In this document: piece after piece, positions 1-9,042 of the stretch
How positions within the stretch are numbered: the stretch's first letter is position 1
Layout: each line of letters opens with the position of its first letter
Source of the DNA: Candidatus Micrarchaeota archaeon
GTDB taxonomy: Archaea; Micrarchaeota; Micrarchaeia; Norongarragalinales; UBA97
Reading direction: 5' to 3'
Length of the DNA: 30,084 nucleotides
Assembly (NCBI GenBank): GCA_964585235.1
Contig: CAZPDD010000001.1
Span: 1 to 30,084 of the forward strand
Notes under the pieces: model-generated
Told to the model about the DNA's origin: nothing
The model's database searches: none
What the model saw: only the letters and a program-made list of their open reading frames with translations
Program-made: the position numbers and the translations under genes

Positions 1-1
1 C

Positions 2-1597
2 GCTGATGCAACTCAAGTAAAAATAGATATTGATGAGAATAAAAGGACGATTACGTTCAAAGACAACGGCCAAGGGATGGATAAGGATGGGATCGAAGCC
101 TACTTGTTTCTGGGTTATAGCCAAAAGAACGAAAAAGATCGTACCAGCGGAAGATTGAAACGGAGACAGATTGGAAAATTCGGAATTGGAAAGCTAAGCA
201 TGTACGTCCTGTGCGATGAATGCAGTATCGTAACGATTCGAGACAAAAAAAAGCGCACGGTATATCTCGATTTCAAAGAAATACTTAAAAACAAGAGATT
301 GGAAGACTATAAAATTAAAGTAACAGAAGAAAAAACAAAAGAACAACCTGGCACGACCGTTTATCTAACTGGACTCAGAAATGAGTTAAAATTCGATATG
401 ACTTACATACGCAGGCGCATCATAAAAACAATGCCCCTGCAACCAAATTTCATAGTATATCTAAACAACTCTAAACTGACTCCCGAAGACATCGTTACCG
501 GCCAAACTTTTAATATTAAGACCGCCTCCTCGATTTTTGGAGAAGCACAGGGTAAAATCACCTACTCTCATCGCCCACTTGGAGATGACGCGGGCGTTTT
601 CATAAGAGTAAACGGACGAGTAGTAAACGCGGACGAACCCAAGATATTCGACTTATTAAATTCAATAAAGCAAGCTGGTTCGTTCGTATCAAGACTATAT
701 GTAATTGTAGACGCGAATGGACTGGACGATATAATACTAGCCCATCGCGGAGGGTTTAGACAAGAGTCTGACAAGTTCAAAGAATTCAGAAAATGGGTGC
801 TTCAAGAAATAAGGAAAGTAACTGAGAATATACTCGAAGGAAAGAATGAAGAGGCAGATAAATACGCTGCGGATGAACTTAACGATGTTGTACGTGACCA
901 ATTGCCAAAAATGCTTGAAGGCGCCGAACTGCCTGAAGATTGGAACGCAAAAAGTTCGAAACGCCCCGACTCAGCAGTCATTGAAGGTCAAATAAAACAA
1001 ATTCGCCGCAGACAAAGCGAGAAAATCGAAGAAGAACTGAAAAAGGTAGATCCAGAAGTACGAGACCTATTCAGACAAGTATCGACAAATATTGAGAAAA
1101 ATGCCACCAATAAAGTAAAAATCGGTCAGAAAGAATTTGCATTCAAACTGGAGGCTATGGGGAAAGAGGGGCCCGAATGCAGAGTAGATACCCACGAACA
1201 CGTCATATACGTGAATAACGAGCACCCTCAATACAAAGCTGCGTTCAAAGAAAACTCCTTGAAATGTCACTTCAGGCGAGTTATTACGCTCGAAATAGCA
1301 ATCGACCTAGCAGGCGGTTCCCTTTCTGAATTCATCAACCAACACTCAAATATGATGTTGCAAGAAATTGAAGTAGAAGAATACGGCGCGGGTTTAGGGC
1401 CAAACACAATCGGAGTATACAATTATCTTCAAGAAAATGCAAGATCTCCGGTAAAGGCGATTTCTCAAGCCCTCGCTCTCTCGAACGGAAGTGTGGTAAT
1501 GATACTACGTAAACTCGAACAAGATGGAATGATAATTACTGAACAAAAAGAAGGCGAACGTAGGCCCAAGAACTACTACTCCGCCATATCTAAGTAA
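2..1597 (+). CDS. GHKL-family (MORC/MutL/Hsp90-like) ATPase with C-terminal winged-HTH; 5' end lies outside the window
   Basis: The frame is open from base 2 (ADATQVKIDID...FKDNGQGM), so ATG77 is internal. GHKL motifs DNGxGM and GKFGIGK are present, then an S5-like IRVNGR segment, a VNNEHP segment and a terminal wHTH (VYNYLQE...VKAISQAL...LRKLEQDGMI). The DNA is clearly more AT-rich than the uvr genes. Confidence 0.85.
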   Translation, partial: ADATQVKIDIDENKRTITFKDNGQGMDKDGIEAYLFLGYSQKNEKDRTSGRLKRRQIGKFGIGKLSMYVLCDECSIVTIRDKKKRTVYLDFKEILKNKRLEDYKIKVTEEKTKEQPGTTVYLTGLRNELKFDMTYIRRRIIKTMPLQPNFIVYLNNSKLTPEDIVTGQTFNIKTASSIFGEAQGKITYSHRPLGDDAGVFIRVNGRVVNADEPKIFDLLNSIKQAGSFVSRLYVIVDANGLDDIILAHRGGFRQESDKFKEFRKWVLQEIRKVTENILEGKNEEADKYAADELNDVVRDQLPKMLEGAELPEDWNAKSSKRPDSAVIEGQIKQIRRRQSEKIEEELKKVDPEVRDLFRQVSTNIEKNATNKVKIGQKEFAFKLEAMGKEGPECRVDTHEHVIYVNNEHPQYKAAFKENSLKCHFRRVITLEIAIDLAGGSLSEFINQHSNMMLQEIEVEEYGAGLGPNTIGVYNYLQENARSPVKAISQALALSNGSVVMILRKLEQDGMIITEQKEGERRPKNYYSAISK

Positions 1598-2378
1598 AAA
1601 ACCAAATTCAGCGGGTTAGAGGTATAATCCAAATCGAGGTATTTCAAATTTTCAATACCCCCATCTCATTTTCCCTGAACGTCCTTAGTTCATACTTCCC
1701 CGAACAACCCGTTTTCGCCTTCCGCCGCTATCTCATTTTTTTTGAAAATGGGGGTCGGGTGGGATGAGGGCAAGCCCAAACACTACCCTCGATGGCAAAG
1801 GAAGCGAAAATGCCACTTTCCTGCCAAAAACGAGTGCGAAAAAACGAGACGAGCAGTTTGAGGCGCCGCGAAGTGGTACGAAAAAATGAAATCAGCGCCT
1901 GCTTCTTGTTTCTAAAGTTAACAATTTTTTATAAAGCCTAGGATGATCTCTGCGCACTCCCAAAGAAAAGGCTGCGACAGTGTGATTCGCAGTATTCAAA
2001 TCTGATCGCTTCACCACACCATCAACACGCGTTACGAGATGGCCTATATTATACCAATTTTCTGAATGCTCCCCAATCTTTTCAACGGTAAAACTAAACT
2101 TTTCGATCGGGTGCGTTACTTCCCACTCCCCCCCGCTCTAGCTTTTTCGCCTCATAGGCGCCAAGCCTATACACCCTATTTCCGATTACTTTGTTAATTT
2201 CGGACAATTGCATCAAACCACCTAACGCTAAATATCATTTCAGAGCAATAAATGCCTTCCCCCCGAATCGGTTCATACTCGCATGAACTCAACCCGCGCA
2301 GGTGGCAAGCCGGCAAGGCACCGTGTTGGTGCGGCGTTTAAAAGTGGTTTAGGAATAATTAGCATAAGGTGTTTGGAA

Positions 2379-2516
2379 ATGGAAGTGAGCGCGGACTTGC
2401 TTGAGGGCCTCGTGCCGACCGAGAAAGTGAGCAAGGCGGAAATGGCCAGGCTTAGGAAGCTCAAGGCGCAAATGGACGCTGGCGACGAAGTGCCTTACTC
2501 AAAAGACTTGTTTTAA
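2379..2516 (+). CDS. Small 45-aa protein, possibly antitoxin-like
   Basis: MEVSADLLEGLVPTEKVSKAEMARLRKLKAQMDAGDEVPYSKDLF. It is the 3' part of track ORF 2283..2516 and lies just upstream of the DUF2283-like gene. Confidence 0.5.
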   Translation: MEVSADLLEGLVPTEKVSKAEMARLRKLKAQMDAGDEVPYSKDLF

Positions 2517-2538
2517 CTCCCCCTAAGGGATGATTGGA

Positions 2539-2742
2539 ATGAAAATCCATTACGACCGGAAAGCCGATGCAATCAGCATAAAGTTCCAGGAAGGCAAGTA
2601 CGACGTCAGCGAGGAAGTGGCCGACGGCATAATCGCGGACGTGACTAAAGACGGCAAGATAATCTCAATAGAAATACTGGATGCCTCGAAAAGAATGCCG
2701 AAAGAAATCGCCAGCAACGTTTTAGTCGTACAAACAGCCTGA
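2539..2742 (+). CDS. DUF2283-family small protein (TA-associated)
   Basis: Pattern MKIHYDRKADAISI...SEEVADGIIADVTKDGKIISIEILDAS is typical of DUF2283. Start could be 2530. Confidence 0.8.
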   Translation: MKIHYDRKADAISIKFQEGKYDVSEEVADGIIADVTKDGKIISIEILDASKRMPKEIASNVLVVQTA

Positions 2743-2766
2743 TTTTAAGTTCATACTTAAATGAAC

Positions 2767-3090
2767 TCAGCGCCTTCTTGCAGTTGGTTCGATGGCATCG
2801 CGAACTGAGAGTGCGGCGCTTGCGAGCAAATAGAGGTAAGCGGCCGAGAGCAGGAGGACGACGACGAGCTTGGCGAAGAAAAGCACTTCCCCGGCAAAGC
2901 CTGGCGCACGCATTGCCGCCGTTGCATTCAAAAACCAGTTGGCGGGGAGCGCGAGGAAGACCACAAGCGACTTGCTCCAAGGCTGCAGGAATGCGAAGTA
3001 AGCGGATGCGATTGCGACTACGACGGTGAATGCAAAAAGCACGTAAGTGAGAGAGAGTTTTTCGCGAGTTGCCTGCAGAAACGAAGCCAT
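2767..3090 (-). CDS. Hypothetical membrane protein (about 3 TM helices)
   Basis: 107 aa with three long hydrophobic stretches. Confidence 0.65.
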   Translation of the reverse strand: MASFLQATREKLSLTYVLFAFTVVVAIASAYFAFLQPWSKSLVVFLALPANWFLNATAAMRAPGFAGEVLFFAKLVVVLLLSAAYLYLLASAALSVRDAIEPTARRR

Positions 3091-3134
3091 GACGGAATAA
3101 GCAATGCAGGCGCGGAATAAAAACCCTTGCGAAC

Positions 3135-3467
3135 CTACCGGCCGTTAAGCACTTTCACGCCGCCCGCCTTCAACGCATCGCGAAAGGACTTCATTTCAAT
3201 GGCAGTGCCATCCTCTGCACGCTCGGGAAGCGAATAGAAGATGCGGCGCGAGACCGCGTCGAAAGAAACGCGCGGCGAAGCGCCATTGAGCTTGTGCGAA
3301 TTCATTTCGAAAGCAAGCTTCTGAAGGGACTCCAGCTGAGTGTCGCTGACGTCACGCGCCTCGAGCCTCACGTCTACTTGGCCGAATTCCTCGTGAATGA
3401 CGGTGGAGTCGAGCGAAGAGCCTAGGACGTGGGCTAAGCGCTTGACGTCGTCAACGTAATGCCTCAT
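3135..3467 (-). CDS. Hypothetical protein
   Basis: 110-aa ORF with globular composition, co-oriented with its neighbours. Confidence 0.55.
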   Translation of the reverse strand: MRHYVDDVKRLAHVLGSSLDSTVIHEEFGQVDVRLEARDVSDTQLESLQKLAFEMNSHKLNGASPRVSFDAVSRRIFYSLPERAEDGTAIEMKSFRDALKAGGVKVLNGR

Positions 3468-3540
3468 GAACTGAACCTTGGTAAGAATAATTGCGCATTC
3501 CCGCTTAATAAAACTACCGAAAAAACGCGTTTTTATGCCC

Positions 3541-3807
3541 TCATTGAATCTCCCGCCTTTCGTTCATATTCGTATGAACTGAACGGGAGTTTGAGGCGAC
3601 TTCGCTTTCTCGATGGCGACCTCGTCCGCGGCCTTTTTTGGCAGCCTTTTCTTTCAGCTTTGACCAAAAGTGCCTTGCACGCTTTTCCTTCTTGTGCACG
3701 AGATAGTCGAGCGCCTCGCTTAGTGAAACGCGGTGGCGAAGCCTGGATTGCAGTTTTCCGGCCGTTTCAGCCAGTTTTACGTAAGTTGAATGCGAGACGC
3801 GAACCAT
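3541..3807 (-). CDS. Ribbon-helix-helix / VapB-like DNA-binding protein with basic C-terminus
   Basis: VRVSHSTYVKLAETAGKLQ...VSLSEALDYLV fits the RHH strand-helix-helix pattern. Confidence 0.65.
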   Translation of the reverse strand: MVRVSHSTYVKLAETAGKLQSRLRHRVSLSEALDYLVHKKEKRARHFWSKLKEKAAKKGRGRGRHRESEVASNSRSVHTNMNERREIQ

Positions 3808-3860
3808 CTGGTGCGAAGCAACCGTGAGAACACCGCATTAGTAATTGTATACTTTGAATA

Positions 3861-3874
3861 AATAGTTTACTATT
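3861..3874. promoter_or_regulatory. Palindrome AATAGT-TT-ACTATT upstream of the RHH gene, candidate operator
   Basis: Perfect 6-bp arms with a 2-nt spacer, about 55 bp upstream of the RHH start in AT-rich DNA. Confidence 0.35.
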
Positions 3875-4155
3875 AAAAAGCCAGCATTTGGCCGCCGGGC
3901 GCGCGGAAAAAGGACTTTGGGAAAAGGCGGGAAAGAAATTGAGGAAACGAAAAAACGATTCCCAGAAGAAAAAACGGCTTTGGAATGCTCCAATTCGCCA
4001 AAAACCTGCCTAATTTAAGGCGGGAGGATGCCGGATGGCTGCGGAAAGCGAAATGAAGTAAAAATTTATATACTAGGAATGTGAAATTCGTAGGAAGAGC
4101 TTTTTTTTGACTGAAAAAAGGGCAAAAACAGTCAAGAAAAGGGCATTCTAGTGAG

Positions 4156-4278
4156 ATGGGGAATATGGCAGAGTGGACTGACGCCAAGGAAATGGCCGGA
4201 GTATTGCGCGTGGGCGCGTTCTTCCTCGCGCTACTTTACCTCGTAGTGACGCTTATGCAAGGAAGCCGCCTGCTGTAG
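4156..4278 (+). CDS. Small single-TM protein, 40 aa (absent from the ORF track)
   Basis: Hand translation gives MGNMAEWTDAKEMAGVLRVGAFFLALLYLVVTLMQGSRLL*. It has one hydrophobic helix and is a GC-richer patch inside AT-tract-rich DNA. Confidence 0.55.
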   Translation: MGNMAEWTDAKEMAGVLRVGAFFLALLYLVVTLMQGSRLL

Positions 4279-4690
4279 CGCAGACGACTCTAAGCCTGAT
4301 TTTTGGAGAGAAATTCCGTTTTACGTGCTGAATTGGCTCTAAAACAGCTCGTAAAGCATTTTCGTGCCTTGGTTTGAGATGAAACCTGCCTAGTTGGATC
4401 GTGAAACTGCAAAAAACGAGCTTTTTGGCAGCCTTTGACAAGAGGGGGGGCCGTACCTGGATTTTTTAAAAAACGCTGCGAACTGGGAAGAAGCTTTGCG
4501 AGCCGTTGCAAAAAGTTGCTTGTAAAAAAATTGCCTTAGGCTTTTTGGCGCGTTTTAGGTCGATGGAACAGCTTTTGAAAACCGCGTTTTTCCTGCAAAC
4601 TGCTTCAAAAAGCCGGTTTTGGCCAAATAAGCTCGTGCAACGCTGGGTTTGGCCGAAAACCTATATAGTTGATGCAGGGAAAAGAATTTC

Positions 4691-5308
4691 GTGATCAAAA
4701 ACGCGATTTTCGACTGGTCGGGCACGCTACAGGAGGACATGCGGCCGGTTTACGCGGCAACAATCCGCACTGTGCAGAGGCTTGGGGCGAATAAACTGGA
4801 TTTTGAGGAATGGCGGCGCGAATTTGAGCTGCCGTACATGGAATTTTACAGGAAAATCGGCTGCACGGCTAGCAAGAAAAGCGTTGACGCGTTTTTTAGG
4901 GAAGAATTCGAGAAGGAGCCGAAGGTGGGGGTTTTCAAGGAGGCATTGCCTGCGCTTGAAAAATTGCGTGCCGGCGGCGTGAGAATGGCGATTTTAAGCG
5001 CGCACCAGCAGGACTGGGTGGAAAACGAGGTGGAGAGAGGCGGAATGAAAAAGTTTTTTACTGAAATACGCGCCAGTGTGCACGACAAGAGGCTGCAAAT
5101 CCGCCAAATGATAGCCCAGCATGCTTGCAGGCCGGAGGAAACTGCCTATGTGGGCGATATGGTGCACGACGTGGAGACTGCGCGTGCAGCTGGCGTGAAG
5201 GCAATTGCCGTCAGCTGGGGCTACACGCCACGCGAGTTTCTTGTTGCAGCGAAGCCTGATTGCCTCGTTGACGAGTGGAAGGGGCTTGAAAAGGCGTTTT
5301 TAGAGTGA
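4691..5308 (+). CDS. HAD-superfamily hydrolase (phosphoglycolate-phosphatase-like)
   Basis: Motif I FDWSGTL, motif II ILSA, motif IV YVGDMVHD...ARAAG. TATATAG lies 22 nt before the GTG start. Confidence 0.9.
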   Translation: MIKNAIFDWSGTLQEDMRPVYAATIRTVQRLGANKLDFEEWRREFELPYMEFYRKIGCTASKKSVDAFFREEFEKEPKVGVFKEALPALEKLRAGGVRMAILSAHQQDWVENEVERGGMKKFFTEIRASVHDKRLQIRQMIAQHACRPEETAYVGDMVHDVETARAAGVKAIAVSWGYTPREFLVAAKPDCLVDEWKGLEKAFLE

Positions 5309-5356
5309 ACGGCGTTTCCGCAAGCCTTATTTTCGTTGAAAACCATGTTAGTTAGC

Positions 5357-5545
5357 ATGGCAGACGCACACGGGGGGCACGAAAGCGCGCCTGAAATCCC
5401 GCCAAAGTTCCTCCCGCGCAAATTATGGCCCGAAGGCCACTACGAAGTGGCGAACATGGCTGGCGGGCACCACTACTTGTGCAGCTATCACATCAACAAA
5501 ACACCCATTAGCTGGGGCACCATCATACAGAAAGTGAAAAAATAG
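5357..5545 (+). CDS. Small His-rich hypothetical protein
   Basis: 62 aa from MADAHGGHE, sandwiched between two co-oriented genes. Confidence 0.55.
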   Translation: MADAHGGHESAPEIPPKFLPRKLWPEGHYEVANMAGGHHYLCSYHINKTPISWGTIIQKVKK

Positions 5546-5570
5546 TTTTCAAGAGGAGCGCGTTGCAAAA

Positions 5571-5984
5571 ATGAGGGTCGCAATTTGCGCGAGCATGGTG
5601 TTCAGCGAGCAGATGCTGGCGGTGAAGGCGCAGTTGGAGGAAATGGGGCACGAGGCGATTGTTTCTTCTTTCGTAGATGCCTATGTCGGGAAAACAGTGG
5701 CTGAGAAGGAAAAAATAACGGTATTTCATAAGAACGAGAGGGACGCAATCCGCGAGTTTTGGGAGGAGATAAAGGCAAGCGACGCGATTCTCGTGCTGAA
5801 CTACGACCGCAGGGGAATTGAAAATTACGTCGGCGGCAATACGCTGATGGAAATAGGTTTTGCACACGTGCTCAAGAAGAAAATCTTTTTGCTAAACCCC
5901 ATTCCCGAAATTTCTTTCTACAAGAGCGAGATTGAGGCGTGCAAACCAGTTGTACTTGACGGCGATTTGCGAAAAATAGCTTGA
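5571..5984 (+). CDS. Nucleoside 2-deoxyribosyltransferase-like (NDT-fold) protein
   Basis: IKASDAILVLN...GGNTLMEIGFAHVLKKKIFLL matches the NDT-like D-x-I/V...T-x-x-E-x-G-x-A pattern. Confidence 0.65.
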   Translation: MRVAICASMVFSEQMLAVKAQLEEMGHEAIVSSFVDAYVGKTVAEKEKITVFHKNERDAIREFWEEIKASDAILVLNYDRRGIENYVGGNTLMEIGFAHVLKKKIFLLNPIPEISFYKSEIEACKPVVLDGDLRKIA

Positions 5985-6044
5985 AGAATTGTGCAAGCGC
6001 CTCAAACGGCCCGCTTTGGCCTGCGATTGGTCAAAAAGCTGCCG

Positions 6045-6422
6045 TCATTGGCTTTCTGACTCGCCTTCCTCGCGCGATTTCACGCCGTAAGTGTGGTGGG
6101 AGCGATACTCTTCCTTCAAAAACGCCATTATTTGCCTAGAGCCTTCATCGCCGGCGATAATTGAAAATAAAGGACCGGCCATACCCTCGAAGTGATTAAA
6201 ACCCGCATAAGTCAGAGCCTGATTGCTCCTGCCATCTTGAAAATATTGGCGCAGAAACATTGTTGCAAAAAGTTTCAGCTGATTTCGCTGACTTTCCGCA
6301 ATTGAAGGATGGTCTGAGTCGATTTTTTCCGCAACTTCATTCAGTCGCGCCTCGTGCTGCTCGCGCCATGTTGAAAACCTCTTTATAAGCAGCTCTGCCA
6401 AAGAAAAAACCCCCGCCATCAT
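6045..6422 (-). CDS. Hypothetical protein
   Basis: 125-aa helical-looking ORF downstream of uvrC. Confidence 0.55.
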   Translation of the reverse strand: MMAGVFSLAELLIKRFSTWREQHEARLNEVAEKIDSDHPSIAESQRNQLKLFATMFLRQYFQDGRSNQALTYAGFNHFEGMAGPLFSIIAGDEGSRQIMAFLKEEYRSHHTYGVKSREEGESESQ

Positions 6423-6489
6423 TAGGGAGGGAAAGAAATAAGAAAAAACCGATGGGCCGCTTGTAAAACAAAATGGTAGTGCCTAACTT

Positions 6490-8058
6490 TTAACGTGCAG
6501 CAAAGGGCGACTCCATCTCGCGGCGCTTGCGGTTGTAGGTTATAGCGAAGCGGTGGGCCTCGTCGCGAGCGCGCATCAAAAGCCTCAGGCCAGCGTGAGA
6601 CTTTCCTATCTTAAGCGGCTTGAGCAAGTCGGGCAAGTAGATTTCCTCTTCCTTCTTGGCAAGTGAGGCGATGGGAAGCTCGAGCGAAAGCTCGCTTAAT
6701 GCCTCCATTGCCGCGTGAAGCTGCCCAATACCGCCGTCGATGAGCACGAAGTCCGGCAGCGGCTCGCCTTTCTCAAGCGCGCCGCGGTAGCGGCGGAAGA
6801 CGATTTCCTTCATTGAGGCAAAATCATCCTGGCCCGTGACGGTGCGCACGCGAAAGCGGCGGTAAAAACTTTTTTCGGGCTTTCCGTCAAGCAGGCGCAC
6901 GCAACTGCCCACCACCTGCTTGCCTGCGAGGTTGCTCACGTCAAAACAATCGAGGCGCGAAGGCGGTTTAATCAAGCCAAGTGCCTTTTGAAGCGCAATT
7001 GCCTCTTGGCTAGAGCCTGCGACGCCAATTGCAAGCGCCGCGTTCTTCTCGGCGAGCTTGACTAGCTCGAGCTTGTCGCCCTTTTGGGGAACTAAAAAGC
7101 GGCCTCCGCTTAGCTTGAGAAGCTGGCTTAACGCAGATGCGACAGACGCGCTCTCAATTGACGCAAACGCCTTCTCGGGAAGCGGCTGTGAATCGTAGTA
7201 GCGTAGGATGAACTCGGCCTCCGGGGATTCGCCAATTGCATCAAGCACGTACTGCTCGCGGCCGAGAATCAGGCCAGCGCGGCTTTTCAACACGCAAACG
7301 CGGAGCTTGCCGCCGTCCTTGACAAAGCCGAAGAAATCCTCGTTGCCGGCATTCTGGCTTTCCATCAACTGGCGCTGCTTGATGCGGCCAATTGCCTCAA
7401 GCCGGTTGCGAAGCTCAAGCGCCCGCTCGAAGTTTTCTTCCTGCGAAGCCTGCTGCATTTGCTGTGACAAGCTTTCCTCCACTTTTTGCGTCTTGCCGGA
7501 GAGGACGGCAACGGCGGAATCCACGTTCGCCGCGTAGTCTTCCTTGGAGATTTTGCCGATGCAGGGTGCGGTGCAAAAGCCAAGCTGGTATTGAAGGCAA
7601 GCTTGCTTAGGTAGTGGATTGCAGATGCGGATGCCGAAAAGCCGCGAAGTCTCGCGAAGCGCAATTGAGCGGCCTTGGCCGCTGACGTACGGCCCGAGGA
7701 GCTTCTCTCCCTTCAAGACGTCTTTCTTTCGCGTTGTAAGAAGGCGAGGGAACTCCTCGTTAGTCACTTTCACGTAAGCGTATTGCACCGAGTCTTTGAG
7801 GAGGATGTTGAAGGTCGGCCGATGCTGCTTGATGAGCGTGTTTTCAAGAACAAGCGCTTCCGTCTCGTTGCGGCAGGCGATAAGCTCAAGCGAAGCGGCA
7901 GTGCGCATCAACTCGGCAGACTTGCCCTCTAGGCTGTTCGAGCGGTAGTTAGAAAGGCGGTTTGCAAGGCTCGCGGCCTTGCCGACATAAACTATCTTGC
8001 CGCTAGCGTCCTTGAACAAGTAGACGCCGGGTTCGGATGGAGCGCGCCAGTCAATCAT
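6490..8058 (-). CDS. uvrC: Excinuclease ABC subunit C, lacking the terminal HhH2 domain
   Basis: GIY-YIG (GVYLFKD...YVGKA), Cys-rich region, UVR (FERALELRNR) and RNase H-like domain (FDVSN, LIDGG, RDEAHRFA). A GGTGGTGA SD precedes ATG8058. Confidence 0.95.
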   Translation of the reverse strand: MIDWRAPSEPGVYLFKDASGKIVYVGKAASLANRLSNYRSNSLEGKSAELMRTAASLELIACRNETEALVLENTLIKQHRPTFNILLKDSVQYAYVKVTNEEFPRLLTTRKKDVLKGEKLLGPYVSGQGRSIALRETSRLFGIRICNPLPKQACLQYQLGFCTAPCIGKISKEDYAANVDSAVAVLSGKTQKVEESLSQQMQQASQEENFERALELRNRLEAIGRIKQRQLMESQNAGNEDFFGFVKDGGKLRVCVLKSRAGLILGREQYVLDAIGESPEAEFILRYYDSQPLPEKAFASIESASVASALSQLLKLSGGRFLVPQKGDKLELVKLAEKNAALAIGVAGSSQEAIALQKALGLIKPPSRLDCFDVSNLAGKQVVGSCVRLLDGKPEKSFYRRFRVRTVTGQDDFASMKEIVFRRYRGALEKGEPLPDFVLIDGGIGQLHAAMEALSELSLELPIASLAKKEEEIYLPDLLKPLKIGKSHAGLRLLMRARDEAHRFAITYNRKRREMESPFAAR

Positions 8059-8141
8059 TTGCTTCACCACCCGCCATAAAGGTATACCATAGTGCAAGTC
8101 GAGAAAAAAGGCTTTGCGTTGGCATAAGCTTAATAAGATAT

Positions 8142-8155
8142 TCTTACTAGTAAGA
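8142..8155. promoter_or_regulatory. Perfect 14-bp palindrome TCTTACTAGTAAGA, likely operator of the AbrB-PIN operon
   Basis: Self-complementary and located between an AT-rich TATA-like box (CTTAATAA) and the antitoxin start. TA autoregulation is established knowledge. Confidence 0.6.
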
Positions 8156-8167
8156 TGGGTGATTTAA

Positions 8168-8443
8168 TTGGAGGCGCAGATTACGACAATGTCGACCAAG
8201 GGACAGGTAGTCATTCCGGAGGAAGTGCGCGAGGACTTGGACCTGCACGAAGGCGCCAAGTTCGCGGTCTACAGCCGCAAAGAGGCAGATACCATTCTCC
8301 TAAAGCGCCTCGACCTGCCAAAGCCCGCAGAGGCATTCCGCCAAATGGCTGAATGGACCAGAAAGCACGTGAAGGAAAAGGGCCTTGACGCAACTCCGGA
8401 AAAGATTGTGGAGTTGCAGCACAAACACAGGAAACACAAGTGA
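8168..8443 (+). CDS. AbrB/MazE/SpoVT-family antitoxin
   Basis: TTMSTKGQVVIPEEVREDLDLHEG is the canonical AbrB N-terminus. TTG start follows GGTGAT. Confidence 0.9.
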   Translation: MEAQITTMSTKGQVVIPEEVREDLDLHEGAKFAVYSRKEADTILLKRLDLPKPAEAFRQMAEWTRKHVKEKGLDATPEKIVELQHKHRKHK

Positions 8444-8450
8444 AAACTGT

Positions 8451-8876
8451 ATGCGGATCGCCTTCGACACCAACGTCCTTGTCTCAGCCCTAGCCTCCAA
8501 GGACGCGAAACGAAGCTCCTACCGGCTGGTCGAACTGGCATCCGAAGGCAAGGTCACCGGATACACGTCAATAGCATTGATGGAAGAATTCAAGGAAATA
8601 ATGCCGCGCGACTTCCAAACACCGCCTGAACGCGTCGAGCAAATGGTGGACGTTTTGCTAAGTTTCCTCAAGCTCGTCGAGCCGACCGCAGCAATCCATG
8701 CGGTAAAAGACGATCCCGATGATGACCGCATCTTGGAATGCGCAGTGGCAGCCAATGCGCTTTACGTCGCCTCGTGGGACCCGCACCTCACAAACCTCGC
8801 AGAATACGAAGGAATCAAGATAATGAATCCCGGCAAGCTTCTTCACGAACTAAAGGAAGCGCACGGAATTGAGTGA
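8451..8876 (+). CDS. PIN-domain (VapC-like) toxin
   Basis: MRIAFDTNVLVSAL...DDPDDDRILECAV...VASWDPHL. It starts 7 nt after the antitoxin stop. Confidence 0.9.
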   Translation: MRIAFDTNVLVSALASKDAKRSSYRLVELASEGKVTGYTSIALMEEFKEIMPRDFQTPPERVEQMVDVLLSFLKLVEPTAAIHAVKDDPDDDRILECAVAANALYVASWDPHLTNLAEYEGIKIMNPGKLLHELKEAHGIE

Positions 8877-9042
8877 CAACGTTACAGTTTCCCAGCATTT
8901 AATTCAAGCCTCTTCAACCGCTTTTCTTTGGTCGAATTGTTTTTTATAAGTGAGGTTGCGGTTTCTCAGTCGACAAATCAAGCCTTGCAAACCCCTCGCT
9001 CGGATTTCGAAAGCCTTTTATTTGCCCCCCCCAAGTTAGTGC

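Noticed and set aside
1598-2378. tRNA, att site or ncRNA at the composition boundary
   Set aside because: No T-loop (GTTCRA) in a cloverleaf context and no flanking direct repeat were found; only short ORFs and weak repeats.
2032-4357. Single CTCGTAA/TTACGAG copies at 2032, 4348 and 21654
   Set aside because: About 3-4 copies of any 7-mer are expected by chance on both strands of 30 kb; only the tight cluster is notable.
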